A stretch of DNA of 64,000 nucleotides from Adineta vaga (GCA_021613535.1 CP075493.1:7130001-7194000); one strand, 5' to 3'; shown: positions 14,667 through 30,000, counted from the first letter of the stretch. Made by a program: numbers and translations. The notes: generated from the sequence alone by a model not told the origin.

Positions 14667-16076
14667 TCAATCAAATGGCATTTCATCTTCTGATGGTAAA
14701 TTTGACCAATTGATTTCAGCTAGACCAACACTTTTTAGATATTCATTGGCTTTAGAAAAATGCTACAAAATAAATCGAATTGAGTATGAAAGATGAATCT
14801 CGCTGTTTGCTACTGTACCTTACAACCCATAAATCCGTTATAAGCTGACAGAGGAGACGGATGTGCAGCTGTAAGAACATGGTGTCGATTCTAAATACAG
14901 AATGAACTTTATTGAAATAATGAGTTATATGAAAAACACTAACTTTATTAATTCGAGCGCCTTTGTTTTGAGCATCTCTTCCCCAGAGTAGAAATACAAT
15001 ATTTGATGAACGATCATTTAAATATTGAACAACTGCATCCTATAGATCGAAATCGATGGAGAAAAAAGATCGATGACAACTTTTTCAATCATTTCTTTAC
15101 CGTAAATTTTTCCCATCCTCTTCCTTTATGTGAATTAGCTTTACCCTTTTCAACTGTCAAACAAGCATTAAGCAATAGAACTCCTTGTCTTGCCCAGCCT
15201 GACAATGTTCCATGATTTGGAGTAGTAAAATCTGGTATATCAGCTTTCAATTCTTTGTACATATTTACAAGACTGTAGAATAATTAAGAACAAAAAGAAA
15301 TGAATAAGAATTAATGAATTTTTAACAAACCTTGGTGGTGGTGTAATATTTTTTCTTACTGAAAAACATAGACCATGTGCTTGATTGGGACCATGATATG
15401 GATCTTGTCCAAGAATGACTACTTTTACTTCATTTAACTCACACATACGTGTAAATGTGAAGACATGATGCGGCGGTGGATAAACTGTGACACCTTTTTC
15501 ACGTTCATCAGCAATAAAATTTGCTAACTGATCAATTAAATAGAAGATTTAGAATATCTAATTCATCCACTATTGTAAACATACTTTTTGAAAATAGTCT
15601 TTGGAAAATTCTTTTTCAAATGCTTTATACCATGATATACCCATATCAACAACTAATCCACGTGTAGCTTTTGTTTCAAGTTTCATTTTCGCTGCAATAC
15701 GATTATTTTCAACACGTTCAGCTAAACGTTTTTCTTCTTCTGTTTTTGGTACATTTGGTGAATTGACCTTCGAATTTGGCTGAGATGTCCGAAAAGGTGA
15801 TGCTACTGGTGTATTGGATGCTGTTTTCACTCGTTTTGGAGTTGTCGAAAGAACCTTAAATATGGAATAGAAATTCCTGCTGATTATTTAATTCACAATT
15901 CTTTTTTTCTCTCTCTCTCTCTATTATTTTATCACTCAATATAATAAGTTACTTTTTTATGAGAGAATATTTCCATTGGATATGTTTACCTCCTTAACGT
16001 CTTCATTTTCATCGAGAACATCAGAAATTTCGCGTTTTTTTTTGAAGAAAAGTGTGATTGATTTTTGTTGTGCCAT
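14667..16076 (-). CDS. UNG: Uracil-DNA glycosylase (family 1)
   Basis: PIP-box-like [53 protein letters not shown]. Confidence 0.96.
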
Positions 16077-16223
16077 GTTTTTTCTTCTTCTTTTTTATCG
16101 ATCTAGAAGAATGTAATATGAAAAAAAACAAGTGTTGATTTCGTTTCGTAAAAAGGTTACGATATTTTATCCTTTATTTTATTTATTCCGAAAAACATAA
16201 CAATGAACAATACAAAACAAAGA

Positions 16224-18792
16224 CTAACGTCGATCTGTTTTGCCACTTGATCGTTTGCCGGAAACTAAAAATCGAATCAAAGAAAGAAAAATGAAGTTTA
16301 TGAATCAAAAATAAAACAAGAAAAAACTTACATAAGTGTTTTGGTCTTTTAACGAAAACTCTTCTATCGGATTCACCAATTCTAGCATCCAGATTGTTTT
16401 TACGTTGGCTAATCTTATTGACTTTTCTCGCCTTTTTAGCCATAGCCACATCTCGAATACCAGATTGATCACGAGGTCTTTTCGAACTACTTCGAACATT
16501 GCCCTCCGAATCTTCACGTTTACGTTTTGTTTCTGGTCGACTCAATGATCGACTACGTGTTTCATGCATCTTGGCAACATAATGAGACTAAAAATAAAAT
16601 ATTTAGAAAACATGCATTTCTTAAATCAATAGTTGCTTCTTTATCTTACATCTTCTTTATTATCCATATCAATGCCTAATTCACTCATCGTATTTTCTAA
16701 ACGTTCTCTTGCTATGGGTAATTTTGGTCGTGGTACAGATGGTGTTCGTCGTGCTTGTTTCTTCGATCTTGCATCACCAATAATAACTTGTCGTTTATAA
16801 CGAATTTTTTTTGCTAATTTTCGAATTGCTGTTGTTTCTTCATCATCTTCACTTTCATCAATATCATAGAATCCAGCTTGTTCACGTGCTTCTTCTTCAC
16901 GTTCTAATTCTTCTAATTTCGCCATGATATCTGGATCAATGAAGTCAGCAATATTCTTGTTTCCATGGATTTCTGGTAAAACATCATAACGTTCATCATT
17001 ATTTTCTAATGACCATGTTTTACGTAAATCTAAATGATAATCTTCTTCCAATTCGACTTCCAAATCACGTTCAGTTTTCTTCTTTGTGCCTTTCGATGGT
17101 GTTACTTGCATAGATTCTAAACCTTGAATAACACCTTCAGGAATAAACGGTGCACGAACACGATCATCACGTTTTAGTGGTTGAGCAACATGTAAACGAT
17201 TGAGAACATCGTTAACTTTACGACTTTTCAATTTGATATCAACACGATGTGCTAATAAACGATCACAAGCCTAAAATCAAATATAATAATCAAGATGTTG
17301 GTGTTTTTGTTTTCTTTCGATAATTGATAATCGATTGAACACTTACTTCATTTCGAACTTCAATAACACCTTCTTCAGAGAATGTACTCATTTCAATGAT
17401 ACGAACATCATCTTTACGAAATTGTTCGAATACAGCCTAGATATGAAAATCTATTTAGAACAAATACATGGAAATATTAGGTAACTGCATACCTTTTTGT
17501 CTTCGGGCAATTCATCGAGTCGTTTGATATCAATTTTGTTAACAACAATTAACAATGGTTTATTTGTAAACAATACTTTAATATTGTTGAAAAGATTGAG
17601 CTACAAAAAAGACACAAGAAGAATTGTGATGGATAGATTTACACTATCAATTAGAAAATAATTGATATAGCTATTTTGTATTCAAAAAGACTGAAATAGG
17701 ACTTTTTTGTACGCTTTGTCTCAACTTCATAATTCTATTCACTCTAATGTCTTACTTGTTCTTCCAATGTATAACCACATGTTTCCGAAACATCCATAAC
17801 GTAAAGAATGGCAGCACGAAGATGTGCTAATGCAGTAATAGCTTGCATTTCAATTGTATTTCGATCCTCTATTAAACATATAAATTGATAATTATTCATT
17901 AAAGAATCGAAAATCTTACCTAACGAATGATCGAGAATACCCGGTGTATCAACAACTTGCCAACGTAAATATTTATAATCTGTATGACCGACATAAAGTG
18001 ATTTCGTTGTGAATGCATATGGTTGAACTTCGACATCTGCTCGTGTAATTTTATTCAGAAAACTTGATTTACCAACATTTGGATAGCCACATACTAATAA
18101 TGTTCGTGTATTTGGATCAATGGATGGTAAACGTGATAAATGTTGACGAACTTGTTCGAGATATTGTAAACTTTGATTTTGTCGTTTGACAATTGTTGCC
18201 ATTCTATCCGAAAAATAAATCAATGTCAGATATTCATTTCGTATGTTAATACTAACCTTCCCAATGCTGCCTTTTTCAAGCATTTACATCGGTAAAGTGA
18301 ATCAGCAAACTTCAACATTCGTCCATAATCTTTAGCCACACTAATTTATTTTTAAATAGAGAATTAATAAAACTAATCATTCGTTTATTGTTATTCTTAC
18401 TTATCAATTAAATTCTTTGCAATACTTAATTGACCAAGAGCAAGTTTATAATGATTTTTATCATATAAAACATTCATTAAATCAGCATAGAATGGATGAA
18501 CTTCCTATAGGAAAAAAAACCGCCAATGTTCCTGTTTAGTTTCTTATAATAAACAAATATCGAAATTTACTTCAAGTTTTGGAAATTCCGTGAGAATTAA
18601 TTGAAGTTTATCATGAAAACTTTGTTGAGTAAATTTGATTTTTCGTAAATAAAAATTACGAATACGAGAAATTTTATATTGTTTATGAACAACGGTTGGT
18701 GTTTTACGTTGAGTTTTCGATAGGATAATATCAATAAAATCCTGAGCGGTTGGTATTGTAATTATTTTCTTAAAATTATATTGTGATGCCAT
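16224..18792 (-). CDS. GTPBP4: Nucleolar GTP-binding protein 1 (NOG1)
   Basis: YNFKKI...[11 protein letters not shown]1 [21 protein letters not shown]-terminal GKTDRR*. Confidence 0.97.
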
Positions 18793-21050
18793 TTTGTAAA
18801 GATTTCTTCAAGATATTAATTGAAATCTGAAAAATAAATAACAAAAAAGAATTAAAATATGTTCTTAAGTAATTCCGACGTTTCAGTTAACCTGACTGAC
18901 TAAGAAATGAAAATATACTGAATGGTTTGTTTTTTTCGATCGATTGAAGACAGTGGAATTCATTTTGAAAAATATGAAATTGTAATATAATTTTGATTTT
19001 AATTTCACTGAAAGTAAATCGAAATTTAATTATGAAGAAAATGTTCGAATTTTACTATAGATGACGCTAATGTACCATTCGATTTCATTAAATCGACTAT
19101 ATACTGTATATGATATATATATATATATATGTATGAATTTGTATTCATATAAGATCTGAATGACAATGTTTGTATCATTCGTTTTCTGTTCAAAATATGT
19201 AGAATATCCTTTTTTTTTAGTGATTTTCAATCGTTTTTCGATGATTTTTAACCTTGTCTGTTCGTTTATCACTTGGCAACGAATAGATTTGAACAAATGT
19301 TCATAGTGATTTCTTTTTGGTTGCTATTAATCTCCTTGTTGAATGTTGACGTTTGTCGAGTGTTATAAGAGAAAAGAAAACGTTAAACACTTGTTCAGAT
19401 TTAAAGTTTTTTCTTTTCATTGACACCATAAATAAAATTTTCTATCAATCGTTTATCTTTATTTTCTTTCAGATTTAATTAACCATTGTATATTTGGTAA
19501 TTATATCTATATATATATTTATATACAATTGTAAGTAGAAAGAATAGATTTGTTCGTGTCCTTGATATTCGATTCGAAAAAAAAAAGAAGACACACAAGT
19601 CTATTTAATCTTGTAAAAGGAAACCATAGAAAAAAGATATTTTCTTTTTACATGAATATAATGTCTTAATTTCGTCTTTCGGTTCTTTTTTCCTCTGTCT
19701 GTTCTTACATTAGAATTTTGTTTCTAGTAATAGAAACTTTGTTGGTTGATAAGGTATGATTTCGCTTACCAAATCTGAACTGATTTTTCATACCTATGAG
19801 CAAAACAACACAATCATTTTTACTTCGAAATATTGAAAGAAACAACCGCAAAGCAAAACAAAATACGGCTTATATATTTCCAATTTCTTTCGTTTTTCTT
19901 TCTAAATGTACATCGAAGAAGAATCAAAATCTTTTCATCCATAGCAATCGCATCGAACGAGAATACTCAATTAAACTCTGTCTTGTTTGTCTTTCGTTTT
20001 TCTTTCTCAAGTAATATTGAATTGATAGCAGAAGAGAAAAAGAAAAAAAAACGGTTCGATGCCTGAAATTTATAAAACCTTGAAAAAACAAACGAAAAGA
20101 AGTAGACTCGAATAAATAATCAATACATTTTTGACTGTATGACGTAGTTATACAATAAAGTTCAGAGTTTTTTCTTTATTTTATCATTGAAGTGATTATG
20201 ACTTTGATGAGATTAGTTTTCTTTCATGCCATTTTTATGTTAAAACTTTCAAATAGAAGCACTTTTTTTCAAGAACAACACATAGACCAATATATACGAA
20301 GGCATATAACTGACAATTTAAGAATGTGTTAGATAAATTTCTATGGATTCTTTTGGTTAGTCTTGATTGATCATATTTCAATAAAAAGTTCAATATAACT
20401 TCTCGTCTCATACATATGAATTAATAATCAAACATTGTCGTTAACGATAATTGTAATCAACCAACTGACGTTTCTCTTACATCACAGAAAAATGACGGAC
20501 ATGCACTCGACTGATTGAATGGATGATTAAATATTGATGATTACTTTTCTTAATTGTCGATTAGGTCTTTCCTTTTGAATAACCACAAAACCACAATCGA
20601 AATATGTTAGTTGAGATGAAGGAAGAAAAAAAAAAGAAAAGATTGTTTGTTTTCTATTTCTCAATTTCTTTGACTTTCATTTGAATTAATCGAACATTTG
20701 GTCAGATTCATTTTATACATTTGAAACATATTTGAAATCATCTTGAGAGGATGACCAAAAAAAATAAACCATTTCGTCGTCGGCAATAAATAAACAAAAA
20801 AACGAAGAAAATTTTCTTTTTTTTTCTCGCTTGTTTTTTCTCTTTGACTTTTTTTCATTCTCGTCTTTTTCGATAGCATTGTAATTATCGTCAACAGTTA
20901 GGCCACTTTCGTTACTCGTGTGGTGTCACATCACCAAGAGCAGAACGTTCGATCAAGAATTTCATATTTATAAACAAAAGAGTTCAGCTAGTTGCCAGGT
21001 GAAAGATCATTATTTGTATTCGAACATAAGAATTTTCGTTTATCAGCGAT

Positions 21051-24000
21051 ATGATGGTAGACGACAATGTTCTTGAAAATTCGTTTGTATGTATTGACTA
21101 TTTTCATCATTGTGTAGTTTTATCATCTGTTCGAATGATTGAAACATAAGAATTTGTTCTTCTTAATTTTCTAGCGTTTAGAAGAAATTCTATCGGATGA
21201 AGATGACAATCGTAGTAGACGATTCGTGGTCGAACACAGGATATATTTATAAATCGTATTCGCACACCTCCAATAACACGATCTCGATCTCAACATACAG
21301 TTTCAAGTCAATCGTCTGGTCGAAATTTAATGGGTACACCAAGTGCAGTTCAAATTTTTGATGAAAATCGTTTTCTCAATGATGAATTGAATCGAGTTGA
21401 AACAGTCTTAAATTTGACTCGAGCAGAAAAAGATGAATTAAGTATTCGTTACAATGCTTTATCCGATCGAGTAAGTCACTTTTTTTTCAATCATCTTGTT
21501 ATGTCTTTAGTTGTCATTGAAAACTTTATAAAAACATATTAGAAATCTCGATGATATTCTTCAATTCCTAATGATTAATAAACATGAAAGAGTAACTTCG
21601 AGTTTTTTTTTCTTTCATCATCGAATATATGCAGTCAGCAAATATTTCCGTTTGAATTTTTTTGAAAAGCTTCTTTGATTTATTTTCTCTAGCTTGAACA
21701 ATCATTACGTGCTCAAGGTATTGATATATCATCTGATGTTAGTGAAGGTGAACCTGAACGACGTGTTCTTGTTCAACAAAATATCGATCTAAGACGAAAA
21801 TTGGAAGAAGAACATCAATCATATAAACGTAAATTGTCTAATTATCAAGAAGGACAACAAAAACAAGCACAACTCGTACAAAAACTACAAGAAAAAGTTA
21901 GGGCTTTCTTTTGAAAAAGTGAATTCTTAAAATGTTTTTTTCGTCTATTTAAAGGTTGTACAATATAAAAAACGATGTACAGAATTAGAAACATTAACTG
22001 AACAACAAAAACCTCATATGGATCGTATTCGAGTTTCAGTAAGTAGATCAACGACGGAGACAAATCTTGAGAGTTTTCTGAATTGAATTTAGTCAACGAA
22101 TAATACATCAACTTCGGTTTATAAATCTCGTGTTCCTGAAACGAATGAAGATGAACAAAATGCAACAACTATTATTCTTGAAGAAGAAAAACAAAAGTAA
22201 GTATATCTACGATTATTACTATGTAGAGTCTAAAGATAAGAAACATATTTTCAGATCAGTAAATTTAACTCAATTGAATATTCTCTTACGTGAACAACTT
22301 GATCAAGCGCATTTAGCTAATCGACAATTGAGTGAAGATCTTCGTCATCTTACCAGTGAACTTCAACAAGTTCGTGAAGAATTTATGAAAAAAACTCATG
22401 ATTTTAAAGAAGAAACACGAGTTAGTATCACTCTTTTTCTCGTCGTTTATATCATTTCTTAATGATTTTATTAGGCATTCAATAAATATTATGATAAAGA
22501 ACATAATCTAATGTATGAATTATGGCGAGAAATTGTTTCTTTTCGTCAACAATTTACGGAATTGAAAGGCACAACTGAACGTGATTTAACACGCGTTCGA
22601 AATGATCTTGCACAAACAGGTCGATCATTAACAAGTGCTTGTTTTAGCTTTTTAACATCCGCCAAAACCGCTGAATCACAAGGACAAGTATAGTCAAAAA
22701 CTATTCCGATTGTCTTTTATAATCTATTCAATTTCCTTTAGGCTGTAGCCGAACGTGAACGTAATGATCGTACTAATTTAGAAAGTCAAATTCGAGAAAA
22801 AACACGTGAAATTACTGATTTACAACAAAAGTATGTGTATTCTTTTCAGATAAATCACAAAAGAAATCAACAATTTCTTTTATAAAGATTGCAAGACTTA
22901 ACTCAACTTAATGATAAATTACGCAATCAATTGACTGAAAAAGATAGTACAATTACAAATCTTACACGAACTAATCAAACTATGGTAAGTTTATCTTGAA
23001 GAAGCTTTTGAAGATAATTGAAATTTAAAAGTGTTCGTTATTCTTTCTTAGCATGAAAAAAAAGACTTTCACTAATAGATTCTCTTGTTATTAATATATC
23101 AGATTTTGTTAGACGATCGTATGTCCTTATACGTTTGAAGAGGAAATTTAATATCAAAAGTTTCATTCAATCAGTCAGACAGACAGACGAATAAAAAAAA
23201 CAAACTTTTCGATTTGATTTTTTTGCTAATCAATTCATAAAGACGATTTTTTTTTCTTCATTTCATCATACGTATATCAATCGAAAGAAAAACATTATTT
23301 AAAAGAATCAAAATTGTAATGTCGTTTTGTTGTATGAAAGATTTTCGAGTTTCATTAAGCCGTTTGTAATGTATCACATTTTTTCTGCAAACAAAAATTC
23401 TTTGCTGGAAAGCACAATCAATTGTGTTTGCAATTATATACTCTCGTTTTCCCTTCATCTACTTGTGCTGTTTATTGACATAATGCTATTCTCATCAGTA
23501 AATTTAAATGAGACCCGAATGATTGAGAGAAAAAAAGAAAAAAAATTTTGGTAAAGAAAAAAAACGTATTTTGATAAAAGAAGCCCGTTAATAAATTACA
23601 TAGTGGAGGCCGCGATTGTTTACTTTGCAGTACTTGTGATAGTGTTGGTGGCAGTAGTTTGAGAAAAAGATTAAACAACAACTGCCACTAGCATTTTTAG
23701 CTGTTGTCACTTACTTGTTGTTTGCGGTATACTTTAAGCGAAATGGTGCAAACTAATGCGGTTCCACAGGTGCACCTGTAGACATATTTTCCATTTTAAT
23801 ACCTTCATGACTTTGTTTCTCGCTCTCTTTCACTCTCTCTCTCTCTCTCTTGTTCGCTCACCCGAGCGGTATCCAATGTACTGAATGAGATTTTGAGAAC
23901 AATTAGAAAAGAATTTTATCATTCATTAAACATTTCAATTGGAAAAACAATAGTGATTGTCATCGAATCTGCCAGTTGTTCGTTGTCGATTTTTTTGAAG

Positions 24001-27000
24001 ATAAAAAGAAAAGCAAACTTGAGAAATAGACAATAGTATACCACTTGCATAGCTTTATGAAACGCAAACATATTCACGAGAAATTGTTTTGCGAAATTTG
24101 CTCAAATTTCTGACTTGACAACTCTTGCTTGTTTGATTTCGTTGAAGCCCTCGAGAGCTATGGCCAGAAGCATGAAAAGAATTCAGAAATGAAATAAGAT
24201 GTAACGGCTGTTGCTGTTTAGCATTCTTTCTTCTTTTTTTTTGTTGAAAATATTTCATAAAAAGAGAAGAGAGGGGGGAAAGAGAGAAAGCAAGCAAGAA
24301 AAAAAGTCTCTTTATCGTCGTCGTGTGGTAAGCATAAGTACCCACCGCCTTCAGCCTCAATTCTTCTTCTCTCTTCTCTTCTCTTCTCTTTTCTTTCTCT
24401 CGCATTTCGTTTTCATTCATTCATCAACATCGATCTCTTCGGTTTGCGGTTCTTGTCTGACCACCATCTGAAATGCATCGACGAACACAGGTATAAAAGA
24501 AAAAAATATGAATTCAATTATCATAATTAAAACCTATACAATTCTTCTTCCGTAACTATGTGTACAACGGAAATTATTAGTGAAATGCCTTAGAAATGAA
24601 ATCATTGAAGCAATGACTTATAAAAGATCATCATTTAGTCTTTTTTCTTTTCATAAATAGTCATTGTCTCTTCCTTCTTATTTAAGGAATGTCCTTAAAC
24701 AGTAATGAGGTTTGCTTAGAAAAATCTTGAAGAATATAGTTGAATATTACAAACGTTTGATTTTTTTGTTTCTTTTAAATAGGAAGGCTCTTCTTCATCC
24801 ATGGAAGTACGTAATCGGGAAGTCCACGCTGATTTCGAACGTCTTCATCAACGTTTACGAGATATTGCACAAGCAGTCATCAATGATGAAGATTATTCCT
24901 ATGAAGGAGACAATACAGGACGAACATCACCACGTCATCTATCACCATCCAGAGGTGCCGATCGATTTGAATCACCTGAACGAGCATATACCCGGTATGT
25001 TATTACAAATTTGTAAGAATTAGAAAACAAACATGATGTATCGAAAAGAAAAAAACACATTTTCGTATTTATTATACAAGGTAATTAGTAAGAACATTTT
25101 TTTGTTGTCATCAATAACAGAATATATTTTTCATAGCAATATGAATGGTTTCTTCTAGTTTATTTTAACTCGAAGAATAAAATAGGTTTAAAGTGAGAGA
25201 GAGAGAGAAAGAAAGAAAACTATGTATGATGTCCTAAAAAACTAGCTTTTTCAAGGTTTTCTTCAAATAGGTTGAAATAACCTTGAAAGGATGCTGAAAA
25301 AATCATAGATTTTAAACTGTCTAAATCGAAAATATGTTCGAGTGCTTTTTTAGAATTGAATTATTTTGTTTTGTTCAAACGTCTGCTCTTGGCAAAACTA
25401 TATTTATTTTCCATTATCTTGAAAAAACAATACAATAGATTTTTACATCAGACAAATTATACAAACATATATTTTTCATCAAACATTCATAGTTCTTTCG
25501 ATAAATAATCGTGAGATGAATTAAAAGTGAATTTAATGTAGGATAAAATGAAGTTTCCTTTTCAATAAAGAGGCAACTTTTTATGTAAGAAGAATAAGAA
25601 GAAACTGGTACTGAATATGATGAAGTTAGGTAACAGTATATTATAAGAAAAGAGATGCTAGAGGCAATCATGTATCTTAGTTATGAATATGTTTATCTAA
25701 TAGAAACGAAAAATGAGTCAAGGCTACTTCTGATGGGATTGAAAACTAGTTTGATAATAGTATTTCCCTATTATATAAACCAAGATGGACACTCTTTGTA
25801 TTTGATCAATTTTTAAACTTGTTTAATTTCAGTCTTCGTTCACCACGATCGCATTCACCACAACGTCATACTCAAACAACATTGGTCCATTCTCGAAGTC
25901 TCTCACCATCATTTGCTGATAGTACCTTCAGTGCTGTCCATGCTGCTTTAAGTAAACGTCAAGTTCAAGTAATTGACTCTTCTTTTTTGTTGATTCTGAT
26001 TTGTAACACAATTTTATTCTTTTTTTTTTAGGTGCATGATTTACAAACGAAATTATCAAGCACACGTGACGCAGTTCAATTATTAAAAGATCAATTAAAT
26101 CAAACTGAAACTGAACGACGTCTTTTCGAACAACAAGCAGCAAGTTATAAAGGACAAATTGATGATATACGTCGACAATTTGAAAATACAGCACAAGAAC
26201 GTGATCGTTCCAAATCAGCTCTTGAAACATCAAATCATGAACGATCAAATATGGAAAAAATGCGTATTGTAAGTCGAAAAAAAATTGATCCTATTGATAA
26301 TATCTTTCTATTGCTTGAAAAGACATTGAATTCTCAAATTGAAACTTTACGTTCGGATTGTGAACGTTTACATCAAGCAAATACAGAATTACAACGTCAA
26401 CGTGATATACTCGATGAAGAAAAAGAAGATTTACAGAAAGATCGTATTCGTCAAGTGAAAGAAAATGAACGTTGTATTAAGGTGATTGAAAATCTTGAAA
26501 ATCAACTTTCGAAATTGAAAAAAGATGTATCGGATTTACGTGAACATTATCAAGCAGAAAAACTGGCTAAAGATGTATTAACACAAGAAAAACATGTTCT
26601 TTGTAAGTGACGTACTTTTAATTCATAAAGATAAGAGAATTTGTTTTGTTTTCGATTTTTCTAGCCGATGCTTTATCACGATCGGAAATTTATCGTGCAG
26701 AAGTTGAACTTGATTTGAGCAAAGAACGTAGCGAAGGTGCTGCTTTAAGAGATCTTATCTGTAAAGTTCAAGCATTAAATGAAGGTCTTGCACAAGATAA
26801 AATCGAATTGAATAAAATTATTCTTTTAGTATGTATAAGATGAATTAAAGCGAATGTTTTACTTTTTCTATCACATTTTTTATATATTTAGATCGAACAA
26901 GAAAAGAATTCTATTCATAGTGAAAAATCTGATGCTGAACAAGACAAATCAACACTTCGACAAGTAATTGAAGTTGTTCGTATGTTCTCATAACATATTT

Positions 27001-30000
27001 TCTTATGTATTTTTAGGAATTAGTCAAAGTCGAACAAGAAAAGATCGATGTCGAGAATGAAAGAGATAGTAAGTTAAGGAAACAAACTGAATTTTCTTTC
27101 CAAGAAGATTTGCGTTATCATTTATCATGAGAAGTTCTTTAGCTTCTTCGATCTTATTCAGTACCTTGTTAGAATCAATTATTTTACTACACGAAAGGAG
27201 CCATCTTCTCTTACATGTCAATAATTTTAAAAACTAGAGAGCTCAATATTCATTTGTTTCTTCTAGCTCTTCTTCACCGTCTTCAACTAACTGAAGTTAG
27301 TCGTCAACAAATCGAAGAAGAATTAAGCGCAACCAATAAAGAACGAGCTGATGTTATTGAACAATTTCAACAAGTAAGATATCAAACTTTCAGAATGTGT
27401 AAATATATATATGTTACTTTAGATGACCCGATTAAAAAATACATTAGCTGAAGATTTAATTGCTGCTCGAAAAGATATCGAACGTTTGAGCGATCATAAC
27501 ATGCGTTTAAATAAAGAAAAAGAAGAATTAACAAAAGAACGTGGTAATCTTGTTATCGATCTGACTGGTTCTGAACGTGACAATCAAACTTTGAATTCAG
27601 TAAGAACTTATACTTACATATCTCAAACTATTTCACTTCCTCTTGTTCTTTCCTTTTTCTTAGACAATTAGTGCATTACGTGCTGAGTATGTTTATGTTA
27701 TTATTCGTTTTTTCCATATAGAATCATTTGTTTTTTGTTTATTTATAGCAAAGAAGCTTTGGAATCAGCTCTCTATGAAGCTCAAACAATTGGTAGTCAA
27801 CTCGATGTCAAACGAGAACAATTAGAAGGCGAAAATCAAGAATTATTATTACGTAAAGAACAACTTCAAAATGAAATTCAACGTCTTCATGCTGAATTAA
27901 ATAGTGAAATTGAAAAATCAGCTCGTACACGTGATCAATTACAAGAACGTTTAACAAAAGTAGAACATGATAATGAAACATCAGTTCGTCAACATAAACA
28001 AGCACATGATGATGATGTCGATCGTATGACACGTGAAAGAGAAAAGATTCGTCAAGAATTAGAAGCGGCAAGAGAAGAAACGATTCGACAATTTACTAAA
28101 GATAAAGATGATTCTTCACAACTTTATACCAAAGAAAAAGAAGATTTACATTATGAATTAGCTAATGTGATGGCTGAACGAGATAATGCATTGATTGAAG
28201 CAGAAAATGAAAAACAAAAAGTAAATAGGAGTTTCTTTTTTCTCTCCTTTGTCTTCTTCTTCTTCTCGTTCGATAAAAACTAACTTGATTTGAAAGAAAT
28301 AGCAGTTCTCTTCGTTTCCATGTATAATATTTTAACCGCCGAAGAAAGAACGTAAGTTGACGTTTTCTTGTGAGAAATTTAAACCAAACAAAGGATATTT
28401 TGACTTTAAATTGACTTTGTAAATCTATCTTTTACGAAAAAATTGTGTGATTTCAATGTCTTCTTTCTTTAGCTTCTTTCAATGGCTCAATCCGAACGTA
28501 ATGCTTTAGGAGAAAAATTATCATTAACCAAAGATGATCTCTTACGTTTACAAGTTGAATATGATAAGACTCGTCGTGATGCTGCATTACATCGTGAACA
28601 AGAACGTCAAGTAATTATAGCTTTACAAGATGAATTGAAAAAATTCCAAAACAAATTCGAAGATGTTATTACTGTTAATGAACGTGATGTCAAAACATTA
28701 AATGATGATCTTGAACAATTACGACAAAAGATTCAATCACAAAATCATGAAAATTTTGAATTAAAAACACAATTGAAAGTTACAGAAGACAATCGTGATC
28801 AATTGAAACGTGATTTAATCGATGCTAATCGACGTATTCGAGAATTTGAAGAAAATGTTGCATTACAACGTAAAGAAATTCAAGACTTAAAACGTTATTT
28901 ACAAGATGAACAACGTGATAAAGAATTATCATTACATTCAGGTGATGATTTACGTTCAAAACTGAAAAATGTAGAAAATGAAAAGATTGATTTGAAACAA
29001 ATTTTGGAAGAAGCTAAACAACGACTTATTGGTAAGTATTTATAAGGATTTGATTGTTTAACAAATAAATTTTTTCGTTTTTAGTCCTTGAAGAACAAAA
29101 AACTCAAAGTCAAAAAGATTCCAATGAATTACGTTATAATTTACGTGATGTTGAACGTTCTCGATTAGAAGCACGACGTGAATTACAAGAACTACGTCGT
29201 CATGTGAAATTACTTGATGGTGAAACAAAGAAGAAATCTAAAGAATTAGAAGATTTAGGTGATCGTGTTCGACAAGATGAACATCGCGAAGAAGAAATGC
29301 GTCGTGAAGTTTTCGGACAAAAACAACGTTTTGTCGAAGCGGAAGCATCACGAGAAGTTTTACGTAAAGAATTAGCAAGTCTTCAACGACATTATGGTGA
29401 TTTAGAAGAAGAACAACGTTTGAAAGAACGTGATCATAAATTAGCTGTTGAAGATGCACGACGTCTCGGTAAGTTGAATGAATGAATACTCAATCAAACA
29501 GTAAATTATGTTTTCAATTCACGTTTATTTTTGTATAGAACGTAAAGCAATTGATGAACGACGAAATGTCGAATTAGCTCTCGAAGGTGCCAATCAAATG
29601 ATTTCAGAATTACGTATTGCATTATCAGGTGCTGAAGGACGAACAAGTGCACTTGATACACAATTAGCACGGTAAATAGATACTGATTCTAGTTTTATAC
29701 AAAAAAAAGTCAATGTTTATATTTTGCTTTCTAGAGTCGAAGGAGCGAAACGTGATGCTGAATATAAATTAGGTAGCATTGTTTCTAGTTTACGTCGTAC
29801 AGTTGGTTATGGACCACGTAGTAGCAGTCGAACACGACTTCGTAGTCGTTCACCAAGTCCACAAAATACTCGTCGTCGACCAATATCACCAACAAAAGGT
29901 CTGGATACAAATGAAAATCGTGCCTCACCTATCTTACGTCGATCATCACGAAGTCCACATCAACGATCACGTTCACCAGGTTATGATGATGAACGTTCAG

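Noticed and set aside
20051-20066. GGTTCGA T-loop-like motif suggesting a tRNA
   Set aside because: No T-stem pairing or cloverleaf in the flanks
18900-20900. Short ORFs in the NOG1-rootletin spacer
   Set aside because: Low-complexity F/K/I-rich translations typical of AT-rich non-coding DNA
25250-25288. Small hairpin (ttcaaggtt...aaccttgaa) in a rootletin intron
   Set aside because: Too short and isolated to support a miRNA or mobile-element call
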